Positions 31,179-42,540 of a stretch of DNA of 64,000 bases are shown piece after piece (the stretch's first letter is position 1; each line of letters begins with the position of its first letter). The DNA is taken from the NCBI GenBank assembly GCA_902765395.1, contig CACWZP010000011.1, forward strand, positions 50,031-114,030. Reading direction: 5' to 3'. This DNA is from an uncultured Eubacteriales bacterium (GTDB lineage: Bacteria > Bacillota > Clostridia > Christensenellales > Aristaeellaceae). The notes below the pieces were generated by a model. The model worked only from the letters and a program-made list of their open reading frames with translations, made no database searches and had not been told where the DNA came from. The position numbers and the translations under genes are program-made.

Positions 31179-31328
31179 ATCCCCATCATCGCCATGACCG
31201 CCAACGTGTTCCAGGAGGACGTGCAGGCCGCCCGCAACGCCGGCATGGACGGCCACATCGCCAAGCCCCTGGACGTGGAAAAGATGCTTTCCACCCTGAC
31301 CCAGGTGCTCTCAAAGCGCCACGGGTGA
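31179..31328 (+). pseudogene. C-terminal fragment of a response-regulator receiver domain
   Basis: IPIIAMTANVFQEDVQAARNAGMDGHIAKPL parallels the C-terminus of the downstream hybrid kinase (IPIIALTANAFDEDVQRSMQAGLNAHLSKPV). No N-terminal part is present. Confidence 0.65.
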
Positions 31329-31376
31329 GCCAATATCCCCGATGATTCCCCCAACCCGACAGAGGAGGACCCCCGT

Positions 31377-34781
<3,405 letters not shown>

Positions 34782-34829
34782 CAAAAGAAAAAGGCCCTTC
34801 CGTTCGGAAAAGCCATGTTTTGAACAGCG

Positions 34830-34923
34830 AAGATTCTTCGACTCCGGCTTCGACTTCGCTCAGAATGACAATCCACCTTCCGGTGTCATCCTGAGCGGAG
34901 CGCAAGCGCAGTCGAAGGATCTT
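34830..34923. repeat. Palindromic element, GTCATYCTGAGCGGAG family (copy C)
   Basis: AAGATTCTTCGACTCCGGCTTCGACTTCGCTCAGAATGAC, a 15-nt spacer, then GTCATCCTGAGCGGAGCGCAAGCGCAGTCGAAGGATCTT. Confidence 0.88.
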
Positions 34924-34982
34924 TTTTTCTCTGTTCCAATGTCATAGCCGCCTGGAAGGGCCCTTTTGCGTCGCCGATGCCC

Positions 34983-35975
34983 CTACTGCGCCTGCACGGC
35001 GGTCATGGCGATGGTGTTCACGATGTCCTCCACCGAGCAGCCCCGGGACAGGTCGTTGCAGGGCTTCGCCAGCCCCTGCAGCACCGCGAAGGCCTCGGCC
35101 CCGGCCACCCGCTGGGTGATCTTGTAGCAGATGTTGCCCGCCTGCAGGTCCGGGAAGATCAGCACGTTGGCCCGGCCCGCCACGGGGCTGTCGGGGGCCT
35201 TGGACGCGCCGATCTCCGGCACCAGCGCGGCGTCGGGCTGCATCTCGCCGTCCAGCATCAGCTCCGGCGCCAGCCTGTGGGCGATCTCCACGGCCTTCTT
35301 CACCTTGTCCACCAGCTCGTGCTTCGCGCTGCCCTTGGTGGAGAAGGACAGCATCGCCACCCGCGGCTCCTCGAAGCCGCACAGCTTGCGGGCGGTCTCC
35401 GCGGCGGAGACGGCGATGTGGGCCAACTCCTCGGCGGTGGGGCAGGGGACCACCACGCAGTCCGCGTACACCAGCAGCCCGTCCTCGCCCAGCGCCCGGT
35501 TCTGGCACTGGATCAGGAAGCTGGAGGACACCACCTTCATGCCCGGGGCGGTCTTGATGATCTGCAGCGCCGGGCGCAGCATGTCGCCGGTGGTGTGGGT
35601 CGCGCCGGACACCAGCCCGTGGGCGTCGCCCAGCTTCACCATCAGCACGCCGTGGTACATGGCGTCGCTCGTCAGCTTCGCGGCCTCCTCCCGGGTCAGC
35701 CCCTTGGCCTTGCGCAGCTCGTAGAGCGCCTCGGCGTAATCGGCGGATTTGGGATCCTGCGCCGGGTCGACAATCGCGACGCCTTCCAGCGCCACGCCCG
35801 CGTCCCGCGCCACGGCCCCGATCTTCTCCGCATCGCCCAGCAGCACCGGCCTGGCCAGCCCCAGCCGGGCCACCTCGGCCGCCGCCTTTACCGTGCGGGG
35901 CTCATCGCCCTCCGGCAGCGCGATGGTCTTCACGTCCGCGCGCGCCTTGGCGTAGATCTTTTCCATCATGTTCAT
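34983..35975 (-). CDS. pta: Phosphate acetyl/butyryl-transferase (Pta-type, 330 aa)
   Basis: Pta-like motifs TIALPEGDEPR and ANVLIFPDLQAGNICYK...LSRGCS. Lies downstream of buk in the same orientation. Confidence 0.85.
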   Translation of the reverse strand: MNMMEKIYAKARADVKTIALPEGDEPRTVKAAAEVARLGLARPVLLGDAEKIGAVARDAGVALEGVAIVDPAQDPKSADYAEALYELRKAKGLTREEAAKLTSDAMYHGVLMVKLGDAHGLVSGATHTTGDMLRPALQIIKTAPGMKVVSSSFLIQCQNRALGEDGLLVYADCVVVPCPTAEELAHIAVSAAETARKLCGFEEPRVAMLSFSTKGSAKHELVDKVKKAVEIAHRLAPELMLDGEMQPDAALVPEIGASKAPDSPVAGRANVLIFPDLQAGNICYKITQRVAGAEAFAVLQGLAKPCNDLSRGCSVEDIVNTIAMTAVQAQ

Positions 35976-35999
35976 GGCTGTACCTCCCTACAGGTCGGA

Positions 36000-36039
36000 A
36001 AGATTCTTCGATTCCGGCTTCGCCTCCGCTCAGAATGAC
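36000..36039. repeat. Half copy (single arm) of the GTCATYCTGAGCGGAG family (copy D)
   Basis: AAGATTCTTCGATTCCGGCTTCGCCTCCGCTCAGAATGAC lies between buk and pta. Confidence 0.8.
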
Positions 36040-36084
36040 GCCGGAGCCCCGGCCCTGTTTTCCCGGGCGAAGCGCGTGGCCTGT

Positions 36085-37206
36085 TTACAGGTCGATATCC
36101 CCAAAGCCCTGCCACACCGGCACGCCGGTGTACTTCAGCGGCTCCACTTCGCCACGCACAGCCTTCAGCGCGCCCCAGGCCAGCGCCTCCTGCTCCAGCT
36201 CGCCGGGATAGGTGTGCACCGGGGCGATCCAGCCGCAGCGCCTGCGGACGCCCTCGGCCACGTCGCCAAAGCGCACCAGACCGCCGGTGAGCAGTATGCC
36301 GTCCACCTGGCCGCAGAGCACCGCGCTCATCTCGCCGATCATCTTGCACACCTGGTAGATCATGGTCTGCCACACCAGCGTGGCCTTTCGGTCGCCCGCG
36401 TCCACCAGCGCGTGGATGGCGTCGGAGTCGGAGGTGCCGAACAGGCTGACGAACCCGCCGGAGCGGGCGCACAGCAGCCGCCCCTCCTCCAGGCTGTGGT
36501 CCTCCAGCCAGTCCATCAGCGCCAGCGCCGGCACGCTGCCGATGCGGGTGGGCGTGAACGCGCCTTCGCCGTCGGCGCCCATGTTGCCGTCCACCATGCG
36601 CCCGTGGTCGTGGGCGGACACGGTGATGCCGCCGTCGATGTGGGCCACGATGAAGTTGCAGTCCTCATACCGCCTGCCGATGGTGCCGGCGTGGTACTCG
36701 GCCACGGCCTTCTGGTTCAGCACGTGGGAGTGGCTGACGCGATAGACGCCCTTGATGCCCGTCAGGCGCGCCAGCTCGTCGTATTCGTCCACGTTGGTGG
36801 GGTTCAGGGTGTAGGCGGGCTTATGGAAATGCTGGGCGAACTTCCAGGCCAGCATCACGCCCAGCTTGGCGGGATGCTCGCTGCCGCCCACGGCGGCCAC
36901 GGTGTCGTGGTACAGACGCTCGTCGATCTCCGTCACGCCCCCGGGCTGGGTGCAGGCGCTGCCGCCCCGTCCCACGAACACGTCGATGTCCGCCGGGTCC
37001 ACGCCCTCTTCCTTCAGCATGTCCAGGATCACCTGGTAGCGGAAGGGCATCTGGTCGTTCACGTGGGGATATTGCAGCAGCACCGGCGCGTCGTGGAACA
37101 GGCTGTGCTCGAACAGGGACTTTTCGTTCTCGAACAGGCTCACCTTCGTGGAGGTGGAGCCGGGGTTGATCACCAGCAGCTTGCAGGTCTTTTGCGTGTC
37201 GTTCAT
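36085..37206 (-). CDS. buk: Butyrate kinase
   Basis: N-terminal LLVINPGSTSTKVSLFE is the butyrate-kinase form of the ASKHA phosphate motif. About 373 aa. Confidence 0.88.
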   Translation of the reverse strand: MNDTQKTCKLLVINPGSTSTKVSLFENEKSLFEHSLFHDAPVLLQYPHVNDQMPFRYQVILDMLKEEGVDPADIDVFVGRGGSACTQPGGVTEIDERLYHDTVAAVGGSEHPAKLGVMLAWKFAQHFHKPAYTLNPTNVDEYDELARLTGIKGVYRVSHSHVLNQKAVAEYHAGTIGRRYEDCNFIVAHIDGGITVSAHDHGRMVDGNMGADGEGAFTPTRIGSVPALALMDWLEDHSLEEGRLLCARSGGFVSLFGTSDSDAIHALVDAGDRKATLVWQTMIYQVCKMIGEMSAVLCGQVDGILLTGGLVRFGDVAEGVRRRCGWIAPVHTYPGELEQEALAWGALKAVRGEVEPLKYTGVPVWQGFGDIDL

Positions 37207-37339
37207 GGGAGTGCCTCGCTTCTCTTTCGTTGGCTAACAGTATACCACAGGAAAGCGCGCGGCGGTGTAAAGAGTTGGAAAAAACGAAGGACGTTTTCCG
37301 GAACCCGGCCCGGGTGGATCGACCGTGAAGGGCGTGACG

Positions 37340-37377
37340 GGCAAAGAAAAATCCCTGATTCCGAAGAATCAGGGATT
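37340..37377 (-). terminator. Intrinsic terminator after tRNA-Glu
   Basis: On the minus strand: AAATCCCTGATTC-ttcg-GAATCAGGGATTT followed by TTCTTT. Confidence 0.8.
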
Positions 37378-37452
37378 TGGCACCGCCACGGGGACTCGAA
37401 CCCCGGTTTTCGCCGTGAGAGGGCGACGTCTTAACCGCTTGACCATGGCGGC
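37378..37452 (-). tRNA. tRNA-Glu (anticodon CTC)
   Basis: Manual cloverleaf of GCCGCCATGGTCAAGCGGTTAAGACGTCGCCCTCTCACGGCGAAAACCGGGGTTCGAGTCCCCGTGGCGGTGCCA. Anticodon loop is CT-CTC-AC. CCA is encoded. Pair 1-72 is a G-U wobble. Confidence 0.85.
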
Positions 37453-37457
37453 ATACT

Positions 37458-37531
37458 TGGCTGCCGAACCTGGATTCGAACCAGGACTAAATGAGTCAGA
37501 GTCATTCGTGCTACCTTTACACAATTCGGCA
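37458..37531 (-). tRNA. tRNA-Gln (anticodon CTG)
   Basis: Manual cloverleaf of TGCCGAATTGTGTAAAGGTAGCACGAATGACTCTGACTCATTTAGTCCTGGTTCGAATCCAGGTTCGGCAGCCA. U1-A72, anticodon loop CT-CTG-AC, CCA encoded. Confidence 0.88.
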
Positions 37532-37570
37532 ACGTCGTCCGAACACGATCGTGCCCGACCGACAAGAGAT

Positions 37571-37599
37571 ATTATACTTCGTGGGTGGAGAAAAGTCAA
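37571..37599 (-). promoter_or_regulatory. Predicted promoter of the tRNA-Gln/tRNA-Glu unit
   Basis: On the minus strand: TTGACT, a 17-nt spacer, then TATAAT. Confidence 0.65.
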
Positions 37600-37768
37600 G
37601 CCGTTTTTGTAACTTCATCTGCTTTTTACGTTCAAAACCGGCACAAGGAATTAAATGTTCGTTAATGCCCCGTTTGTGCTTGAAACCTTCATATAAAAGC
37701 GTTATGCTGTCATCAGTACGGGTTTTTGACCCGGATATCAGGACAAACCAAGTGAGGAGACGGGAAGC

Positions 37769-37999
37769 ATGAAAGCCGTTAACATTAAGCTGAGCCTGGC
37801 GGAGAACGTCAAGACCTTCGTGAACATCGCCAATCGTTACCCCTACGACATCGACCTGCGCGTCGGTCGCCACGTGGTGGACGGCAAGTCCATCCTGGGC
37901 ATCTTCAGCCTGGACCTGTCCAAGCCGATCACCCTGGAAGTGTACGCCGATCATTGCGATGATCTGATGGAGGAGCTGAAGCCGTTCATCATCGGCTGA
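37769..37999 (+). CDS. HPr-family-like small protein lacking the canonical His-15 motif
   Basis: 76 aa. HPr-like DGKSILGIFSLDLSKPITLEV. No GLHARPA-type active-site segment. Confidence 0.65.
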   Translation: MKAVNIKLSLAENVKTFVNIANRYPYDIDLRVGRHVVDGKSILGIFSLDLSKPITLEVYADHCDDLMEELKPFIIG

Positions 38000-38019
38000 G
38001 CCGGCCGCCGATAAGGCCC

Positions 38020-38067
38020 AAACGCAAAACGCCCTTCGACAAAAAAGTCGAAGGGCGTTTTGCGTTT
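38020..38067. terminator. Bidirectional terminator between convergent genes
   Basis: Perfect 21-bp stem AAACGCAAAACGCCCTTCGAC-aaaaaa-GTCGAAGGGCGTTTTGCGTTT. Confidence 0.85.
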
Positions 38068-38098
38068 GCAGACCTTCCCGGCGGGCTTGTGACAGCGC

Positions 38099-38836
38099 TT
38101 ACAGCCTGCCGCGCAGCGCGTGCACCGTGATGGACACGGCCTCGCGGATCATGAAGTGGAACAGCGTCGGGCCGGTGTAGGTGGCGGCGATGCCGTGGAC
38201 GTTGGTCAGCCCCGCCTTCTTCGCCAGCCGCAGCGAGCGCCAGACGTGGTAGTTGTTGGTGACGATGGCGACGGCGGCGCCGGGGTCGCCGATCATGGCC
38301 TTGCAGTTTTCGATATTCTCCCGGGTGTCGGTGGACTTGTCCTCCAGCCAGATGCGGCTTTCATCCACGCCCCGCTTCACCAGCTCGTCCCGGATGCACT
38401 TGGCCTCGCTGACGGGCTCGTTTTTGCCCTGGCCGCCGGAGGCGATGATGACGGCGTCCGGGTGGTCGTCCAGCACGGCCATCACGGCGTTCAGCCGCCG
38501 GGTCAGCGCCGGGCTGGGGCCGTCCTGGTACACGCTGGCGCCCAGCACGATCAGGTAGTCCATTCCGGCGGGGGCGGTGGCGTGCATGCCGCTGATCACC
38601 AGGCACTCCAGCGCGATCACCAGCGCCAGCCCCGCGCCCAGCAGGCAGCGCCAGGCCATGCGCAGCCAATGGGGCAGGCTGGCGCGGGTCAGCAGGCCCG
38701 CCGCCACCAGCACCGCGCCCAGCGCGGGCCAGATCCAGCTGATGCTCAGCCCAAAGCGGGAGTACAGGCCGATCAGGATATAGTAGAGGAAGCAGGCGGC
38801 GCCCGCAACGATATAGACGATGCCCAGCGTGCTCAC
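38099..38836 (-). CDS. DUF218 (YdcF/ElyC-like) membrane protein
   Basis: N-terminal TM segments, then a DUF218 pattern YLIVLGASVYQDGPSPALTRRL...IIASGGQG. Confidence 0.8.
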   Translation of the reverse strand: MSTLGIVYIVAGAACFLYYILIGLYSRFGLSISWIWPALGAVLVAAGLLTRASLPHWLRMAWRCLLGAGLALVIALECLVISGMHATAPAGMDYLIVLGASVYQDGPSPALTRRLNAVMAVLDDHPDAVIIASGGQGKNEPVSEAKCIRDELVKRGVDESRIWLEDKSTDTRENIENCKAMIGDPGAAVAIVTNNYHVWRSLRLAKKAGLTNVHGIAATYTGPTLFHFMIREAVSITVHALRGRL

Positions 38837-38916
38837 GGGATCATTCCTTTCAGGGGGGATGGAAGCTATTATACGCGGGAAAGGTTAAATGCGATAGGGG
38901 CGTTTGCGGGACAAAA

Positions 38917-38999
38917 AGAGATCCTTCGACATCGTCCGGCCCGCCGCCCTCAAATGGCTGTGTTCCGGGCGCGGCGGGGCCGCTGTCGAAGAATCCTCT
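38917..38999. repeat. Degenerate relative of the CGAAGRATCTT-ended palindromic family (copy E)
   Basis: Termini AGAGATCCTTCGAC and GTCGAAGAATCCTCT flank a different GC-rich hairpin core. Confidence 0.55.
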
Positions 39000-39019
39000 T
39001 GTATATGCTGTTGGGCGCC

Positions 39020-39445
39020 CTATGCCAGCGGGACTCGCCCCTCGATCACGTCGTCCAGGGTGATGCCGTTCAGGTAGTTGAAGATCAGCTTCTCCAGCTC
39101 CGTCCATACCGGCAGGGTCTTGCACTTGTGGCAGCGCTTGCAGCTGTTGGGCGACTGCTCCAGGCAGGAGACGGGGCTCATGCTGCCCTCCACCACCTGC
39201 AGGATGTTGTGCACCGTGTACTCCGAAGCGCTCTTGGCCAGCATGTAGCCGCCCTGGTAGCCCCGCACGGCGCGCAGCATGCCCGCCTGGCTCAGATGCA
39301 GGGCGATCTGCTCCAGATACTTCTTGGAAATGTCCTGGCGCAGCGCCACGTCCTTCAGCGTGACATAGCCGTTCTTCTGATTTTCGGCGATGTCGATCAT
39401 CATGCGCAGCGCGTAGCGCCCCTTGGTCGAAATCTTCACACCCAA
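39020..39445 (-). CDS. Rrf2-family transcriptional regulator with Cys cluster
   Basis: Rrf2 N-terminus KISTKGRYALRMMIDIA. C-terminal cysteines SCLEQSPNSCKRCHKC are consistent with Fe-S ligation. Confidence 0.88.
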   Translation of the reverse strand: MGVKISTKGRYALRMMIDIAENQKNGYVTLKDVALRQDISKKYLEQIALHLSQAGMLRAVRGYQGGYMLAKSASEYTVHNILQVVEGSMSPVSCLEQSPNSCKRCHKCKTLPVWTELEKLIFNYLNGITLDDVIEGRVPLA

Positions 39446-39611
39446 CCCCTCCTACGGGTTAACGCAACCATCGAGCAATGGTTGCCCCAATTCAATATGT
39501 ATAAATTGTAACATAATTCATTCATTTATGCAAGGCACTTTAATAAAAATCATGGTGAAATGCAGGAATAAGCACAAAAATGGCACATTTTGTCTCTAAT
39601 TTCCATGGGGA

Positions 39612-39677
39612 TTGTCCAATAATACTGGAGGTATAGATAAAATCTATAATGCGGTATCGCATTAGGGTATTGGACAA
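39612..39677. promoter_or_regulatory. 10-bp perfect inverted repeat TTGTCCAATA / TATTGGACAA (candidate operator pair)
   Basis: Sites lie at 39612-39621 and 39668-39677. The second overlaps the -35 of the predicted metQ promoter. The region sits between the divergent Rrf2 and metQ genes. Confidence 0.45.
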
Positions 39678-39699
39678 ATCTATAGCGGCATGCTAAAAT
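39671..39699 (+). promoter_or_regulatory. Predicted metQNI promoter
   Basis: TGGACA, a 17-nt spacer, then TGcTAAAAT (extended -10). Confidence 0.5.
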
Positions 39700-39730
39700 G
39701 GATCCAGTTCAAAAAACAGGAGGTAATCCC

Positions 39731-40579
39731 ATGAAGCTCAACAAACTGTTTGCCGTCCTTCTGGCGGCCCTGCTGATCCTCTCCTCCGTCGCCGCGCTGG
39801 CCGACATCACCATCGGCGTGCCGGACGACACCACCAACGAGGCCCGCGCGCTGCAGCTGCTGGTGGACAACGGCATCATCGAGCTGGCCGAGGGCGCCGG
39901 CGAGACCGCCACCAAGGCCGACGTGATCGCCGAGGGCATCGAGATCGTTGAGATCCAGGCCGACCAGATCGTCAACCAGCTGCCCGACCTGGACTACGCC
40001 GTCATCAACGGCAACTACGTCATGGACGCCATCGCGGCGGACTTCGACATCTCCGCGCCCCTCGCGCTGGAATCCGAGGAAGCCTACCTGCCCCGGGCCA
40101 ACGTCATCGCCGTGAAGGGCGAGAACGCGGACGCCGACCTGACCAAGGCGCTGGTGGCCGCGGTGCGCAGCCAGAAGGTGGCCGACTACATCACCGAGAC
40201 CTACGGCGGCGGCGCCATCAGCGTGGTGGACGAGCCCACCGACGGCTATGATCCCGACGTGGATTACGACGCCCTGGCCGGCCAGACCATCATCATCGCC
40301 GCCACGCCCACGCCCCACGCCCAGATCCTGGAGGTCGTGAAGGAGATCCTGGCCGAGAAGGACATCACCCTGGACATCGAGGTGTTCACCGGCTACACCG
40401 AGGAAAACCCCGCCGTTGACGCCGGCGACGCCTACGCCAACTACTTCCAGCACCAGCCCTACCTGGATTCCTATGTGGAGGAGACCGGCGGCGACGTGGT
40501 GAGCGTGACCACCGTTCACACCGAGCCCATGGGCCTCTACGGCGGCAAGCAGGCCGACCTGAGCGCGCTTGGAAAGTAA
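39731..40579 (+). CDS. metQ: Methionine ABC transporter substrate-binding protein (NlpA/MetQ family)
   Basis: AGGAGG RBS, signal peptide, NlpA-family sequence, and the following metN/metI genes. Confidence 0.85.
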   Translation: MKLNKLFAVLLAALLILSSVAALADITIGVPDDTTNEARALQLLVDNGIIELAEGAGETATKADVIAEGIEIVEIQADQIVNQLPDLDYAVINGNYVMDAIAADFDISAPLALESEEAYLPRANVIAVKGENADADLTKALVAAVRSQKVADYITETYGGGAISVVDEPTDGYDPDVDYDALAGQTIIIAATPTPHAQILEVVKEILAEKDITLDIEVFTGYTEENPAVDAGDAYANYFQHQPYLDSYVEETGGDVVSVTTVHTEPMGLYGGKQADLSALGK

Positions 40580-40629
40580 ACCTTGCCAGAACCACCGTTT
40601 CCAGGTATAATTGAGAGGAACGGAAACGC

Positions 40630-40656
40630 GGACACACCGGTCCTTCCGGTGTGTCC
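40630..40656 (+). promoter_or_regulatory. Intra-operon stem-loop between metQ and metN
   Basis: GGACACACCGG-tccttc-CGGTGTGTCC without a T-run. This is typical of mRNA-stabilising hairpins after binding-protein genes. Confidence 0.5.
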
Positions 40657-40684
40657 CTTATCATGTAAAAGGGCGTTGATACCA

Positions 40685-41719
40685 ATGATCGAACTTCGCA
40701 ACCTGTCCAAGCGCTTCGTCACGGCGGACGGCCCGGTGGACGCGCTGAAGGACGTGAACCTGACCGTGAACGACGGCGACATCTACGGCATCATCGGCAT
40801 GAGCGGCGCCGGTAAGAGCACGCTGGTGCGCTGCATCAACATGCTGGAGCGGCCCACCGAGGGCAGCGTGCTGCTGGACGGCCGCGATCTGGGCGCGCTG
40901 AGCAAGAAGGAGATGCAGGGCGTGCGCCGGGAGGTCACCATGATCTTCCAGTCGTTCAACCTGCTGATGCAGTCCACTTGCCTCCAGAACATCATGTACC
41001 CGCTGAAGCTGATCCACACCCCCAAGGCCGAGGCCGAGGCCCGGGCGCGGGAGCTGCTTGAGACCGTGGGCCTGCCCGACAAGGCCAACGCCTACCCGGC
41101 CCAGCTGTCCGGCGGCCAGCAGCAGCGAATCGCCATCGCCCGGGCGCTGGCCACGAAGCCGAGGGTGCTGCTGTGCGACGAGGCCACCAGCGCCCTGGAC
41201 CCCAAGACCACCCAGTCCATCCTGGAGCTGATCCGCCAGATCAACCGGGACACGGGCATCACCGTCATCGTCATCACCCACCAGATGAGCGTGGTGCAGG
41301 AGATCTGCAACCGCGTGGCCATCCTGGAAAACGGCCAGGTGGTGGAGGAGGGCGACGTGAGCCAGGTGTTCTCCCGGCCCAAGGCCAGGGCCACCCGGGC
41401 GCTGGTGTTCCCGGAGATGAATGGCGCCGAGGGCACGGTGTCCTCCGGCTACGGCCAGCTGCTGCGGCTGATCTTCGAGGGCTCCGTGACCATCGACAAG
41501 CCGCTGATCGCCTCCATGGCCATGGAGTGCGGCATCGCAGCCAACATCCTGGGCGCGTCCACCCGCACAGTGGGCAAGCGGGAATACGGCTACATGCTGA
41601 TCGAGATCCCCGGCGGGCCGGATGAGCTGGCCAAGGCGCTGAAGTACATATCGAAGGCGCCCAACGTGGTGGTGCAGGTCGAGGCCCAGTACAGCGGAGA
41701 GGAGGCGAGCGAGGCGTGA
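40685..41719 (+). CDS. metN: Methionine ABC transporter ATP-binding protein
   Basis: Walker A GMSGAGKST, signature LSGGQQQR, Walker B VLLCDEATSALD and a C-terminal NIL-like domain. Confidence 0.93.
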   Translation: MIELRNLSKRFVTADGPVDALKDVNLTVNDGDIYGIIGMSGAGKSTLVRCINMLERPTEGSVLLDGRDLGALSKKEMQGVRREVTMIFQSFNLLMQSTCLQNIMYPLKLIHTPKAEAEARARELLETVGLPDKANAYPAQLSGGQQQRIAIARALATKPRVLLCDEATSALDPKTTQSILELIRQINRDTGITVIVITHQMSVVQEICNRVAILENGQVVEEGDVSQVFSRPKARATRALVFPEMNGAEGTVSSGYGQLLRLIFEGSVTIDKPLIASMAMECGIAANILGASTRTVGKREYGYMLIEIPGGPDELAKALKYISKAPNVVVQVEAQYSGEEASEA

Positions 41720-42426
41720 ATCAGTTTGTAAAGGCGTTTGAACCGGATAAGCTGCAGGAGGCATGGCATGTCTTCTGCACCGAATTTCCCCTGGGCCTGT
41801 GGGAGACGGTGTACGTCACCCTGCTGGCCACGCTGTTCGCCATCATCCTGGGCCTGCCACTGGGCATCCTGCTGGTGACCGGCGACGAAAAGGGCATCCG
41901 CCCGCTGCCGAAGCCGCTGATGAAGGCGCTCAACGTCATCATCAATTTCCTGCGCTCGGTGCCGTTTTTGATCCTGATGGTCATGGTCATCCCGCTGACC
42001 CGCGCCATTATCGGCACGTCCATCGGCTCGGTGGCCTCCATCGTGCCGCTGGTGGTGGCCGCGTTCCCGTTCGTGGCGCGGCTGGTGGAGTCGTCCCTGC
42101 GGGAGCTGGACCCGAACATCATCGAGATGGCCCAGAGCATGGGCTCCTCCACGGCCCAGATCATCTTCCGGGTGATGCTGCCGGAGAGCGTGCCCTCGCT
42201 GGTGACCAACTTCACCCTGGCCATCACCACCATCCTGGGCTACACCGCCATGTCCGGCGCGATGGGCGGCGGCGGCCTGGGCAAGATCGCCATCAACTAC
42301 GGCTATTCCCGCTACAAGTACGCCGTGCTCTACCTGGCCGTGATCGTGCTGGTCCTGCTGGTGCAGGTGTTCCAGAGTGTGGGCACAAGGCTGGCGACCC
42401 GGCTGGACAAGCGGATCAAGAAGTGA
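41716..42426 (+). CDS. metI: Methionine ABC transporter permease
   Basis: Five TM segments and an ABC permease loop. Its start overlaps the metN stop. Confidence 0.9.
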   Translation: MNQFVKAFEPDKLQEAWHVFCTEFPLGLWETVYVTLLATLFAIILGLPLGILLVTGDEKGIRPLPKPLMKALNVIINFLRSVPFLILMVMVIPLTRAIIGTSIGSVASIVPLVVAAFPFVARLVESSLRELDPNIIEMAQSMGSSTAQIIFRVMLPESVPSLVTNFTLAITTILGYTAMSGAMGGGGLGKIAINYGYSRYKYAVLYLAVIVLVLLVQVFQSVGTRLATRLDKRIKK

Positions 42427-42506
42427 GGGAATAGGGATAGCTGCTGCCGCGCTGCCTTGCCTCTCCATTGCGGTAGGGAGACGAGGCGGGCGGCGCAACG
42501 CCGCCC

Positions 42507-42540
42507 CAAAACCTTCCCCTGAAGGGGAAGGCTTTTTATT
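42507..42540. terminator. Bidirectional terminator after metI
   Basis: CCTTCCCCT-gaa-GGGGAAGG flanked by AAAA and CTTTTTATT. Confidence 0.8.

Noticed and set aside
31098-31328. The 76-aa ORF considered as an intact small response-regulator-like gene.
   Set aside because: Only the last ~50 residues resemble a receiver domain, and the phospho-acceptor region is missing. The upstream part is out-of-frame permease sequence, so it is treated as a gene fragment.
39500-39730. Possible SAM (S-box) or other riboswitch upstream of the methionine transporter.
   Set aside because: The best promoter places the start only about 25 nt before the RBS. No S-box consensus elements are visible. The palindromes are better explained as DNA operators.
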